Positions 1-10,500 of a DNA stretch of 64,000 nt are shown piece after piece. Source of the stretch: Salinispira sp. GTDB lineage: Bacteria > Spirochaetota > Spirochaetia > DSM-27196 > Salinispiraceae. The position numbers and the translations under genes were made by a program. The first letter of the stretch is position 1. Each line of letters begins with the position of its first letter. The notes below the pieces were generated by a model that saw only the letters and a list, made by a program, of their open reading frames with translations, made no database searches and was not told the origin of the DNA. The DNA is taken from NCBI GenBank assembly GCA_965602015.1, contig OZ271918.1, positions 448,001-512,000 on the forward strand. The letters are read 5' to 3'.

Positions 1-1182
1 GTTGCCTTCCCACAGGGGTCCCTCTGCCACGGGATTATCAGCCAGACCGTTCAGGAATGCCTGATTGTTTGCCGGGGGAGAGAATGTGAGGAAGGAATCC
101 AGGGCTTCCTGGCTAACCCGGCTGGGAATATTTGCGCCCAGAGCCGCGATTTTTGCCTGGGTTTCTGCGGAGGTAAGGGCCTGGAGAAGCTGGAAAGCGG
201 CTTCGGGATGCTCGGTGTCCTGGTTTACCACATAGGCGCCCCAGAACAGCCAGTTGCGAGCCGAACCCGAGGGTCCCGCAGGCAGTTCAACCACGTCCCA
301 TTCGAAATTCACGCCGCTGCGCATTCCGGGGGTCGCCCATCGCCCGTTCTGGAACATGCCGACCCGGCCGGCCCGGAAGGGAGGTTCGGAGTCTTCGCCC
401 CAGGGAACGGCGTATCCGCCTTCGTAGAATTCGCGCTGGAAGGCCAGACCTTCCAGAGAGGCTGCGGTGTGCATATTGGAAGCGCTGCGGTCAGCGGTAA
501 AGAAGCCGCCGCCTGCTGCATGGGACCATACGCCAGCGGGTCCCCACCAGGCATTCTGGCCGTAACCAAACACGTCATCGCCGAGGGCGTCGACGGCCTG
601 CATAACTTCGAAAAATGCTTCCCAGGTCCACTGTCCGCGGCGCGCAAGTTCCCGGGGATCCGGTGCGCCGGCTTCCGCGATGAGGTCCAGGTTCAGATAG
701 AGGGCGAAGGTGGAAACGTCCCGGGGAAGTCCCCACAGGGTTTCACCGCTGTTGCCAGTTTCGGGATTGTAGGTGAGATGGAACATGGGTCCGGGATAAA
801 AATCGCCGTCGTTGTGATTGCCGGCATCGGCGAAACCGCGCATATCGAGCAGCAAATCGCGCTTCACGAAATCCGCAACATCGGTGCCGGGAATCCAGAA
901 CAGATCGGGGGCGCTGCCGCCGGCCAGTTCGGTTTTGAGAACATCCTGATAGCTCGACGATTCGCTGCCGCCGGGCTCGTAGATGAGGGTAATGCCGTCC
1001 AGCTGGGCGCTGATTTCATCGGAAATCTGCTGATACACGGCGATTTCCTCTTGATTGTCGGGTCGGGTGCGCCAGCGCAGAACTACTTCTTCGCTATCTT
1101 CAACGGCGGCTTCTCCGCCGCCGGCGGCAAAGGCGCTCACGCTCAGGACTGCCATCAACAGCAGCACCATCAACTTCTTCAT
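1..1182 (-). CDS. Sugar ABC transporter substrate-binding protein (3' end runs off the window)
   Basis: Not in the ORF track. Read manually on the minus strand: GGAGG RBS, then ATG at 1182, MKKLMVLLLMAVLSVSAFAAGGGE...APDLFWI...LWGLPRDVSTFALYLNLDL...WTWEAF...FRAGRVGM. Frame is open to position 1. Typical SBP family 1 motifs. Confidence 0.9.
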   Translation of the reverse strand, partial: MKKLMVLLLMAVLSVSAFAAGGGEAAVEDSEEVVLRWRTRPDNQEEIAVYQQISDEISAQLDGITLIYEPGGSESSSYQDVLKTELAGGSAPDLFWIPGTDVADFVKRDLLLDMRGFADAGNHNDGDFYPGPMFHLTYNPETGNSGETLWGLPRDVSTFALYLNLDLIAEAGAPDPRELARRGQWTWEAFFEVMQAVDALGDDVFGYGQNAWWGPAGVWSHAAGGGFFTADRSASNMHTAASLEGLAFQREFYEGGYAVPWGEDSEPPFRAGRVGMFQNGRWATPGMRSGVNFEWDVVELPAGPSGSARNWLFWGAYVVNQDTEHPEAAFQLLQALTSAETQAKIAALGANIPSRVSQEALDSFLTFSPPANNQAFLNGLADNPVAEGPLWEGN

Positions 1183-1364
1183 AACAACCTCCTGTATTAG
1201 TTGTCTATGATGACAGTCTAACTCAGCATATCATGCGGTCAATCGGAAGATTTTCGTGCGAATTTCAAAATATGAAGGTATACTCAAAAGTAATATCAGC
1301 GGCACAGCAAGAGATTGGAGAAATTTCTGATAGAAGTTATAAGAAATTCCGGTTGTTTCACGAT

Positions 1365-2219
1365 ATGAAGCAGGAAAAAAATCCGTCGGCACTTAACTAC
1401 GCATTCTCTCTTTTAAGCGAATTCGAAAAACAGCTGCCGTATTATCTGGTGGGGACCGGCTACCGCTACGAACAGGAGGCGGTGGCAAGGCCTTTCGGCT
1501 ACCCCTACTATCAGTGGATCCAGACTGTTGAGGGCTGCGGACTGGCGACGATAAACGGCAAAGAGGGCAGGGTGGGCCATAACCAGGCCATGTTTCTCTT
1601 CCCCGGCGATGCCCACGATTACCGCTGTTCGCCGGATTCCGACCTGCCCTGGAAGGTTCACTGGTTCACCTTCGGCGGGTATCATCTCGAACAGCTTTTG
1701 CACACCCTCAAAGTGCACGAGTCGGGCATTTATACCATCAGCAACGGGGAGATCCTGGATTCCCGGGTCGAACAGGCTCTGCTGACCCTCCAGGCCCATC
1801 GCAGCTCCAAGGGGCTCGACTGTTCGGTACTGGTATATTCCGTTTTGATGGAAATATACCGGCACGCCCACTCCCAGGAAGACCAGAGCATTCATCATAA
1901 ACATGAACGCCTGGAACCGGTTTTTGATTTGATAGCATCGTCCTACCAAAAACCCCTGAGCATCGACGACCTGGCCGAAACCGTGGATTTGACGCCCCAG
2001 CATTTCTGTTCGGTGTTTAAAAAAACCATGAACTGCCGACCGATAGAATATCTCAACCTGTTCAGAATCAGCAAAAGCAAGGAGCTGCTGTTGACTCACC
2101 GGGATATGAAGATCGCAGAAATCGCCCCGAAGGTCGGGTACGTCAACATCCCCTACTTCACGACCCTGTTCAGAAAACTCGAGGGTGTCACCCCCAGCGA
2201 GTTTCGCCGGGGAGTGTAG
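1365..2219 (+). CDS. AraC family transcriptional regulator (cupin + double HTH), divergent from the sugar-binding protein
   Basis: Cupin segment (FLFPGDAHDY...WFTFGG) and C-terminal HTH (LSIDDLA...FCSVFKK...IAEIAPKVGY...YFTTLFRKLEGVTPSEFR). Start at ATG 1365 is preferred; the track start is 1233. Confidence 0.9.
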   Translation: MKQEKNPSALNYAFSLLSEFEKQLPYYLVGTGYRYEQEAVARPFGYPYYQWIQTVEGCGLATINGKEGRVGHNQAMFLFPGDAHDYRCSPDSDLPWKVHWFTFGGYHLEQLLHTLKVHESGIYTISNGEILDSRVEQALLTLQAHRSSKGLDCSVLVYSVLMEIYRHAHSQEDQSIHHKHERLEPVFDLIASSYQKPLSIDDLAETVDLTPQHFCSVFKKTMNCRPIEYLNLFRISKSKELLLTHRDMKIAEIAPKVGYVNIPYFTTLFRKLEGVTPSEFRRGV

Positions 2220-2232
2220 CACATGGGAATCG

Positions 2233-2261
2233 TTGACAGCGCCTCTGCCCTGTAATATATT
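2233..2261 (+). promoter_or_regulatory. Sigma70-type promoter of marR
   Basis: TTGACA (2233-2238), 17-bp spacer, TATATT (2256-2261). Confidence 0.75.
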
Positions 2262-2277
2262 TCGGACATCGAAATAT
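2257..2277. promoter_or_regulatory. Palindromic operator 1 (probable MarR site)
   Basis: ATATTTCG-gacat-CGAAATAT, perfect 8-bp arms overlapping the -10 box. An extra half site ATATTTCG lies at 2274-2281. Confidence 0.75.
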
Positions 2278-2291
2278 TTCGGAGCCTGACT

Positions 2292-2723
2292 GTGAGCATG
2301 GAAGAAAACGTCAAGCGACTGACACAATATCTGCTTGGCATGTACGAATCCCATAAAAGCTGGACCCGCGAGGCCTGCAGCCATTCTCCCATCGCCGAAC
2401 TGGGCAACAATGGGCTGCAGGTCATGCAGGTTCTCGAGTGCGGAGACCGCCTCAATATGCGTTCCCTCTCCGACCGTACCGGTTTACCATTGAGCACACT
2501 CACCGGAATTATCGACAAGCTGGTTGAAAAGGGCCTGCTCGAGAGGGTCCGGTCCCAGCGCGACCGCCGGGTTGTTGAAGTCATCATAAGCACCGGCGGG
2601 CGCAAAGCCTATTCCTACCGCACCGACGCCTATTACTCCCAGAGCAGACAGCTCCTATCCAAATTGACTCCCGGCGAGCAGCAGCAGCTCATTAAGCTCC
2701 TGGCGAAAATGATGTCAAAATAA
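2292..2723 (+). CDS. MarR family transcriptional regulator
   Basis: Winged HTH LSDRTGLPLSTLTGIIDKLVEKGLLERVRSQRDRR. GGAG RBS at 2281. Confidence 0.92.
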   Translation: MSMEENVKRLTQYLLGMYESHKSWTREACSHSPIAELGNNGLQVMQVLECGDRLNMRSLSDRTGLPLSTLTGIIDKLVEKGLLERVRSQRDRRVVEVIISTGGRKAYSYRTDAYYSQSRQLLSKLTPGEQQQLIKLLAKMMSK

Positions 2724-2724
2724 A

Positions 2725-2772
2725 TTGCCTATTTCCTTCGTTCTACATATATTTCGAATCACGAAATATATG
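2725..2772 (+). promoter_or_regulatory. lon promoter overlapped by palindromic operator 2
   Basis: TTGCCT (2725-2730), 17 bp, TATATT (2748-2753). Operator CATATATTTCG-aatca-CGAAATATATG (2746-2772) has perfect 11-bp arms. Confidence 0.75.
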
Positions 2773-2809
2773 ACCTTCGAAATAAAGAGGGCCGAGTGGA
2801 GGAACCGCT

Positions 2810-5173
2810 ATGCAGAACGACAGAAGCAGCTACCTTGTAATCGAAATCGATGACACCGTCATCTTTCCCCGCTCGACGACGAGAGTGAAGCTCGACGCCG
2901 AAACCGGAAGGCAAATAGAACAGGGCACCCGGGAGGGTGAGCGCATTGCCGTCGCCCTGACCAAAATACCCGGACACTCCGGTGGAGAAAGATTATACCG
3001 GGTGGGCACCCTCATTGTAATCGATGATCTGCGGCGCAGCGATGCCGGCTATGTCGCCCGCATCAGGTCGGACAAAAAAGTGCGCGTCGGAGAGCTGGCC
3101 TCAGAGGGCGGGGCTCTGTACGCTTCTGTGGAGATCATTCCCGACATCGACGATCTCGATCAAAAAAGCCGGGAGGAAATGCTCTCCTATATCCGGGAAA
3201 CCGTGCGCGACATCGGTTCCAACTTCGAAGGCGCGCGGCCGATGATCCGACAGCTTCTGGAGCTCGGCTCCATTGATGCGATAATTGCCAACGCCATGCC
3301 GTTTATTTCCATTCCTGTTTCGGAAAAGCAGGAGGTTCTGGAACTCGACAGCATTAGAGAGCGCAGCCTGCGTTTTATCGACATTCTCCTCAAGCAGAAG
3401 GACTCAATCTCCATGCGGGTCGAGATGGCCCGGCGTTTCTCAGAGCGCAACAACAAGACCTATCGCGAAGCCATGCTCAGGGAGCAGATGAAGGCTATTC
3501 AGGAAGAGCTTGGGGAAATCTCCGGTGAGAAAAGCAAGGAAGCCGATTATCGGGAAAGAATAGATCAGAGCGACATGCCCGATGATGTCAGGGCCGTGGC
3601 AAAGGAAGAGGCCGACAAACTGGAGGCCATGGGAAAGAGCAATCCCGAGAGTTCCACGGTTCGAAATTATCTTGACCTCCTTCTGGCGCTTCCCTGGAAA
3701 ACAAAGCTCGCCAAAGAAATCGACATCGAGAAGGCCCGGCAGATACTGGAATCAAATCATTACGGTCTCGACGAGGTGAAGGACCGTATTATCCAGCACC
3801 TTGCGGTTATGAAATTGAAGCGGGAAAAGCAGGGCTCTATTCTGCTCCTGGTCGGCCCTCCGGGCACCGGCAAGACCAGCCTGGGCCGCAGCATCGCCGA
3901 GTCCCTGGGGCGGAAATACGTGCGCATGAGTCTCGGCGGAGTTCGCGACGAAGCTGAAATTCGCGGCCACCGCCGGACCTATGTGGGAGCCCTCCCCGGA
4001 CGCATTATCCAGGGGATGAAAAAAGCCGGTGAAATGAATCCGGTCTTCGTCCTGGACGAGGTGGACAAAATATCGGCGTCCTATGCCGGTGACCCGGCGA
4101 GCGCCCTTCTGGAGGTGCTGGATCCCGAGCAAAACGGAACCTTCGCCGATCACTACCTTGAGGTACCCTACGACCTGTCCGATGTGCTCTTTATCGCCAC
4201 TGCGAACTCGCTTCAGGGCATCCCCGGGCCGCTCATCGACCGGGCCGAGGTGATCAATGTCTCGGGCTACACCAACCCGGAGAAAACCCGCATCGGCATG
4301 AAGCACCTGTTTCCCAAGGTGCTCGAAGAGCACGGTCTGGATGAATCCCGGCTGCAAATTGATGAAGACGCCATGCGGTTGGTGATCGAGCGGTACACCA
4401 GGGAAGCCGGCGTCCGGGGACTTACCCGGCTGTTGGCAAAGCTGGTCAGAGTCAGTTCGACGGAGATCGTCGCAAACCAGTCTTCCGAGCCCACCGTCAT
4501 CAACTCAGACCGCATCGAAGATTTGCTCGGACGGCCGAAGGTGCGGCTTGACGACATTCAAAAGGAGAGCGTGCCCGGGGTGGTGACCGGACTGGCCTGG
4601 ACGCCGGTGGGCGGTGACATTCTGTTCATCGAAGGTTCCCTCATGCCCGGCAAAGGCGGTCTGACCCTCACCGGGCAGTTGGGCGATGTGATGAAGGAGT
4701 CGGCTACCATCAGCATGAGCCTGGTGCGCTCCCGGCTTGCCGGATCGATAAGTCACTTCGACTACTCGCGGTCGGATATCCATATTCACGTCCCCGCGGG
4801 CTCGACCCCCAAGGACGGCCCCTCAGCGGGGGTGACCATGTTCACCGCCCTGGCAAGTCTGCTCTTGGGCAGGCCGGTTGACCGAAGCACCGCGATGACC
4901 GGCGAAATCACCCTTCGGGGATCGGTGTTGCCCGTCGGGGGCATCAAGGAAAAGGTCATAGCCGCCCATCGCGCGGGGGTTACGAAGGTGCTCCTGCCAC
5001 AGGAGAACAGAAAAGATCTGGAGGATGTGCCCGAAGAGGTCCGCGCCGATCTGAAATTCATCTTCGTCGAGACCGTTGAAGAAATCCTCAAGGAAACACT
5101 GGACGTCGACTTGCCGGCCAAGGAATGGATCGCCCTTTCCCTGGAAGGCGCCGGCGCCGTTGCCCGAAATTAA
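2810..5173 (+). CDS. lon: ATP-dependent Lon protease (LonA type)
   Basis: Walker A GPPGTGKTS, RGHRRTYVGALPG, Walker B VLDEVDK, catalytic PKDGPSAG (Ser) and GGIKEK (Lys). GGAGG RBS. Confidence 0.98.
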   Translation: MQNDRSSYLVIEIDDTVIFPRSTTRVKLDAETGRQIEQGTREGERIAVALTKIPGHSGGERLYRVGTLIVIDDLRRSDAGYVARIRSDKKVRVGELASEGGALYASVEIIPDIDDLDQKSREEMLSYIRETVRDIGSNFEGARPMIRQLLELGSIDAIIANAMPFISIPVSEKQEVLELDSIRERSLRFIDILLKQKDSISMRVEMARRFSERNNKTYREAMLREQMKAIQEELGEISGEKSKEADYRERIDQSDMPDDVRAVAKEEADKLEAMGKSNPESSTVRNYLDLLLALPWKTKLAKEIDIEKARQILESNHYGLDEVKDRIIQHLAVMKLKREKQGSILLLVGPPGTGKTSLGRSIAESLGRKYVRMSLGGVRDEAEIRGHRRTYVGALPGRIIQGMKKAGEMNPVFVLDEVDKISASYAGDPASALLEVLDPEQNGTFADHYLEVPYDLSDVLFIATANSLQGIPGPLIDRAEVINVSGYTNPEKTRIGMKHLFPKVLEEHGLDESRLQIDEDAMRLVIERYTREAGVRGLTRLLAKLVRVSSTEIVANQSSEPTVINSDRIEDLLGRPKVRLDDIQKESVPGVVTGLAWTPVGGDILFIEGSLMPGKGGLTLTGQLGDVMKESATISMSLVRSRLAGSISHFDYSRSDIHIHVPAGSTPKDGPSAGVTMFTALASLLLGRPVDRSTAMTGEITLRGSVLPVGGIKEKVIAAHRAGVTKVLLPQENRKDLEDVPEEVRADLKFIFVETVEEILKETLDVDLPAKEWIALSLEGAGAVARN

Positions 5174-5187
5174 TCCGTCGAATATAC

Positions 5188-5230
5188 GCAGGGGAGGGAC
5201 CGCTATTTAGGGGTTCCTTCCCTCGCTTTT
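5188..5230 (+). terminator. Possible intrinsic terminator after lon
   Basis: GCAGGGGAGGGACC pairs with GGTTCCTTCCCTCGC (G-U pairs, one bulge), followed by TTTT, between convergent genes. Confidence 0.45.
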
Positions 5231-6010
5231 CGCGAACCCGACAATTTTTTCCCATTGCCCGTCGCTTAGCTCGTCGTAAATATTTCCATGTTCCGTGGTG
5301 TTCAGTTTTATCAGATTGCCATCGGTAAAAATTCCCGAAAGTCTTTCTCCCAGCTCAAACGGCACCACCTGGTCCCCGTCGCCGTGTATAATCAGGGCGG
5401 GATGGATAAGATTCTCTGCTTTTGCATCGTTGTCGTATCGGTCGGTCAGCAAAATCCTCACCACCCAGCGGGGCATGGAACGGGCGCCGATATCTTCAAT
5501 GCTGGTAAAGGGGGTAAAAAGAATGAGACTGCGGCCATAGCCACGGGAGGCCATTTCGATTGCCGGACCGCTACCAAGAGAATGGCCGCTGAGAATGATC
5601 TGCCCGGACGTAAATCCCCGTTCCTCTATTATATATGACAGTAGTGCGTCGGCATCCCGGTATATGCCCTTTTCGGAAAGGCGGGAATCGGCGCTTATAC
5701 CGTAACCGGGATACTCCACCAGCAGGACAGAAAAACCCGCTTCCTGCCAGCGTCGCCCCGGGCCTTCCTGATTGTAGAATGTCCCTCCGTTGCCGTGGAA
5801 CAGCACCACCAGATCTTCACCGCCCGGCGCGAATAAACCGCGGGAGGTATTCCCGCCTGACGTTATTTCGATGAGTTCGCCGCCCTCAATATGGGGGATT
5901 CTCTGATCACTTCCCGGGTAGTACAGCATGGATCTGGTTATGCCGGCGCAGGAGCTAAGGGAAATCAATAGAACCAGGAAAACGCCGGCAAATATACGGG
6001 TATTCTTCAC
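5207..6010 (-). CDS. Alpha/beta hydrolase lipoprotein
   Basis: Lipobox LSSC, FHGNGG, nucleophile GHSLG, HGDGDQVV, His in EHGN. GTG start with GGAGGA RBS. Confidence 0.88.
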   Translation of the reverse strand: MKNTRIFAGVFLVLLISLSSCAGITRSMLYYPGSDQRIPHIEGGELIEITSGGNTSRGLFAPGGEDLVVLFHGNGGTFYNQEGPGRRWQEAGFSVLLVEYPGYGISADSRLSEKGIYRDADALLSYIIEERGFTSGQIILSGHSLGSGPAIEMASRGYGRSLILFTPFTSIEDIGARSMPRWVVRILLTDRYDNDAKAENLIHPALIIHGDGDQVVPFELGERLSGIFTDGNLIKLNTTEHGNIYDELSDGQWEKIVGFAKSEGRNP

Positions 6011-6046
6011 TTGTCCTCCCCCATAACTTTTTCTATCATGTGACCT

Positions 6047-7354
6047 GTGGAACTACAAGCACTATTACGATTACAGAGCTGCAGTATACTCTCGAGCGAC
6101 ACCATGGCCGGGGCGGTGGCTGAAACGCTATCTTACGTCTACCCCCGCGAGGCGGAAGGCCGACGACAACGGGTCGTCGAACTGATTCTGGCCAGGGAAG
6201 CCGATGCATCGACGGTAATCGCCCCGGGCATCGCAATTCCCCATGCGATTCTCGATGAGGATGCAAAGACCGAATTGGCCGTGGCCGTATCCAAACCGGG
6301 GATCGATTGGCATTCATCGGGGGACGGCGAAAAGGTTCACGTGATGGTTCTGCTCATCGGAAGCCGGGCCGCCCATCTCGAGGCGCTTGCAATGGTAGTA
6401 TCCCTCCTCCGCAATCGCAAAAACTACGAACGGCTCCTCACCGCCGAATCACCGGCGGACATCCATGCTGTTTTTATACCCCCGGCTGTTGCGGACCCCG
6501 CGGCATACAGCGAGCGCATTATTGCCCACGCATGCAGAATCCGCGACGATTTTCCTCATTCAGTGACGGTTATACACAGCGACACCTTTACCGACCTGTC
6601 CGCGCTCAAGAGCATACCCGACGATCGGGACATTATTCTCACGGCAACCAGCGAGGAAGTGCTGGATAGCATTCCCTTCCACGGGAATATGGAAAAAGTG
6701 CTTGTTCCGGTCCCGGTGTATTACAACGAGAAACATGTAAAGTTCGCGTTGGTGTACCTGCATTCCCACGGGTTCCTTGACGGATATGAACGGGTGGTAT
6801 GCATCAGCGGCGGGCAGGATATGAACCGCATCGATTCAATTCGCATTTTCGATGTCGAGGGGGATATCGGCATTCATGCGGGCCTGCGGGATTTGGAACT
6901 GCCGTCGGATATTCAGCGCCCGGTATTTGCCAAAGTGCTGCAGCTTGCCGAGAGCCTGGCCTTGGAAGGCCGGGAAGGTAAGCCCGTCGGCGCAATTTTT
7001 GTGGTGGGCGATCACCAGCAGGTCGCCGGGAAATCCCGCCAACTGATAATAAATCCCTTCAAAGGCTATCTACCCCAGCAGCGAAGCATACTCGACCCGG
7101 TACTCGATGAAACCATCAAGGAGTTCGCCAAAATCGACGGCGCGTTTCTCATAACCGGTGATGGGGTCATCGAATCCGCGGGAACCTTCATTGCCGGCCA
7201 GCCTGAAAGCGCTTCCCACCGGCCGGGCCTGGGGTCCCGCCATGCCGCCGCCCTGGGAATTACCGCCGTCACTTCAGCGGTGGCCGTGGTGATTTCCGAA
7301 TCCACCCGCAAGATCAGCGTCTTTCAGGGCGGAAAGCACTTCGAGCTGGACTAA
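6047..7354 (+). CDS. PTS EIIA domain / diadenylate cyclase (DisA_N) fusion, DacZ-like
   Basis: N-terminal EIIA motif RE..ST....GIAIPH. C-terminal DAC motifs EGREGKPVGAIFVVGD, KIDGAF, GSRHAAA, VISES. Confidence 0.88.
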   Translation: MELQALLRLQSCSILSSDTMAGAVAETLSYVYPREAEGRRQRVVELILAREADASTVIAPGIAIPHAILDEDAKTELAVAVSKPGIDWHSSGDGEKVHVMVLLIGSRAAHLEALAMVVSLLRNRKNYERLLTAESPADIHAVFIPPAVADPAAYSERIIAHACRIRDDFPHSVTVIHSDTFTDLSALKSIPDDRDIILTATSEEVLDSIPFHGNMEKVLVPVPVYYNEKHVKFALVYLHSHGFLDGYERVVCISGGQDMNRIDSIRIFDVEGDIGIHAGLRDLELPSDIQRPVFAKVLQLAESLALEGREGKPVGAIFVVGDHQQVAGKSRQLIINPFKGYLPQQRSILDPVLDETIKEFAKIDGAFLITGDGVIESAGTFIAGQPESASHRPGLGSRHAAALGITAVTSAVAVVISESTRKISVFQGGKHFELD

Positions 7355-7373
7355 ACTTCGAATGGTACTCGGT

Positions 7374-7415
7374 TTATAGGGTTGATAGAAGTTTTTTTTG
7401 CCCTGCCGGCATTGA
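7374..7415. repeat. Degenerate direct-repeat copy of 11342-11383 (relic 3' end of the HEAT-like gene)
   Basis: TTATAGGGTTGATAGAAGT8GCCCTGCCGGCATTGA vs CTATAAGCTGGCGAGAAGT7GCCCTGCCGGCGATTGA. Confidence 0.8.
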
Positions 7416-7541
7416 ATCTCGACAATACTTCCGGCCATGTGATATGTTTGTATGATACCAATTTTTCGGGCTAATAGAGAAAATAAACAAAGGCCGAAAA
7501 GTGTTGAATGCAAGAAAGCCGTACCAAAACCGGAGGTAATC

Positions 7542-10500
7542 GTGTCAATTAAATCCAAATCTTTGCTGCTCATCGCTCTGATTCCAATTCTTGTTTTTTC
7601 CTCGTGCGACATTTTATTCGAGACTTTTTACACCGTTACGTATTTTGAGAACGGCGCCGACTCAGGGATTGTCCCTTTTAGCCAAACCGAAACAGTGGGC
7701 GATGCTATTTTCCTGGCCTATAACTTCGGCGAACTTGCCCGGACCGGCTACAGTTTCGTCGGCTGGAATACCTCCCCTGACGGCTCAGGGCTGTCCTATG
7801 ATGAAGGAGAAGAGTACATCGGATTTGAGGACGTGAACCTCTACGCTCAGTGGTCCGCCGAGAGCTATTTGATTCGCTATTTAGCCAATGGCGCCGATTC
7901 CGGGCAGGTTCCTTCTTCCCAATCCAAGGATTACGGTGTCGATGTTACCCTCAGATTCAATGAGAACGGCCTTGCTCGTACGGGATATACCTTCATCGGC
8001 TGGAATACCCAGGCCAACGGAGGCGGAACGGCTTATGCCGAGGGCGCGACGTATTCCGTTGACGCAGATTCGGATTTTTATGCCCATTGGACTGATCTGC
8101 CTACCTATGTGATCAGCTATGACGGAAATGGCAATACCGGCGGAACCGCCCCCCCTGAACAGATAAAGCTGCAGCACGAGGGAATAGCGATCGGCAACAG
8201 CGGAAATCTCGAGAAAACCGGTCACAGCTTCCTTTATTGGAACACCGCAGCCGACGGCAGCGGAATCACCTATGAAACAGGTTCAATCTATAGCGTAAAT
8301 TCCGACCTTATTCTGTATGCAATCTGGGCGGTCAATCAATATAGTCTTGTGTACGAAAATAGCGGCAGTACTACAGGGACAGCTCCTGAGACCCTTTTGC
8401 ATGATTTCGGCAGTCTTGTTGCGGTTGCTGATCAGGGAACCCTCCAACGCGACGGCTATGACTTTATTGCCTGGAATACCAATATAGGAGGATCCGGCCT
8501 TGAGTATCTTCCCGGCGATACCATTACCATTCCTGCAGCGGATGTCACCCTCTACCCACAGTGGGAAAAATCGCCGGTCACGTTGACCCTGGGGCAGTGG
8601 CATCAAGCTAATCCGGAAAACGTTGTATCCGAATGGTTCAGGTTTGATTCCGAACCGGGCAAAATCTACCAAATCCATACCCATGATGCTTATTTTACCC
8701 ACCCCGATGCTCCGGGAGCGGCAAGCTATGACAACGAATTGGGAGCCTACCGAAAGGATAAAACGACCTCTTATAATTATCTAATCCCCGGCGGCCAAAC
8801 GGGGCAGCAAGATATCTACGGTTCCCTAGAGTACCTGGAGCTTGAGGCCCTGGAAGACCAGGTTTATATTCAGGCGACTCAATACGGGGGAGGCAGCGCT
8901 TCGGGAAGCCACTGGATTAAGGTGCTGCCCATACTGGATTCCTATAATATTGCCGTCACCGTTGAGGGTAACGGCTATGTGGAGCGCCGGGTCGGGGGCA
9001 TTTTAAACGACGGACCCTATCCTGAAGGCACGGAGGTTGAACTCACGGCAATCGCACGGGACAGCGACGCGTTCCTGTCCTGGGCCGGAGCCCTCAGCGG
9101 CAGCGCGAATCCTCAGACACTTACAGTCACTTCCTTTACCGAAGTCACTGCACAGTTCACCGGCACTCCGGTCCAGCCCGCCATTGTGCCGGTAATTTTC
9201 AACCCGGTGGACACAAGCGCAATGGTGGATTTGTTTGATCTCAGCGGAAAATCCGTATACCTGGTCAAGGCGAATCACTCGATTGACGCAGCGTCAGAGG
9301 CCGCGGGAGTGCAGATGAATATCCGCCCCAGCGATTTGACGCATCAGCGAGGAATAGTCCGGGAGCCGACGTTTGCTCAACGGCTGGCTCAACTGGGAAT
9401 AACGGAAGATGAAGTATCCGGAGGAAATCTGAGATACGTTGATCAGACGGGTCGCTTTATCCTGGACCGCAGTGATGTTTTGGATCTCGACCTGCCCGGC
9501 GGCAGTGCATCAGCCGGCAATTTTGCCGCTCCGAGCCGTTCCCTCCGGGGGCTCGAAAAGCTCGAGTTCGTGGCGGGAGACAGTAAAACGTTCTGGGTTG
9601 ATGACGGACCCAACGGTCAGCCCGGGGTTTGGGAACAGATTACCGCAACCCTCAGGGCCGTCGGCGACAACTCCTATATATGGGTTCATGACGCCACGTA
9701 CGACGCCCTTTCATCGAGCGGCACGGATAACAAGATTACCCAGGCCCAGGCCGAGCTTCTCAGAGATAACTTTGAAATTCTGTATCCCATGGCGACAAGT
9801 CTGTTCGGATACGAGCTCGGGGGTGGACCCGGAGGAGACGGGGGAATGGATTCGGACTCAAGAATCAGCATTCTTCTGTATGATGTGGCCGACGATTACG
9901 CAGCCGATCAGACCGGGGGAATTTTGGGATATTTCTGGGGAAAGGATGCCTATACTCAGGCGTTCTTTGATGGGAATAACATCGACCTTAAATCAAACGA
10001 GGCTGAAATCTTCTACATCGACACCCATTTTGCGGATTTTTGGCCTGAAGGCATCGTCAGCACCCTGGCCCACGAGTATCAGCACATGATCCATTTCGCA
10101 CAGAAGGCCCTCGCTCACAATGTTTCCAGTCCAGCCTGGACCAACGAAATGCTTTCCATGCTTGCCGAGGATTATCTGTCGGAAACCCTGGGAACCACCC
10201 TCTATTCATCCCACCCCAGCGGAAGGATCAATCAGTACAATCCGGGATACTACAATTCGGGAATCGTCGATTGGAACAATGCACCTGGAGAAGATGTGCT
10301 GGAGAGCTATGCGAGCGCATACCTGTTCGGAGCCTTCCTGGCGAGGAACTACGGCGGAGCTGAATTAATCCATGAACTGGCCACCAACGCCGCGGGAGGC
10401 ATAGCGTCAATCGAGATGGCCCTCTCTACCCTGGGTTATAGCGAAACCTTCGATGACGTGGTCGCGGAATACACAAAGCTTCACGTGTTTCCTACGGCTC

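Noticed and set aside
208..1200. 330-aa plus-strand ORF
   Set aside because: Antisense shadow of the sugar-binding protein gene, which has an RBS, signal peptide and family motifs on the minus strand.
1322..1348. Imperfect inverted repeat AATTTCT...AGAAATT upstream of the AraC gene
   Set aside because: Short arms in an AT-rich region and only one occurrence, so it cannot be separated from chance.
1413..2384. 323-aa minus-strand ORF
   Set aside because: Antisense to the AraC and marR genes, with no recognisable motifs.
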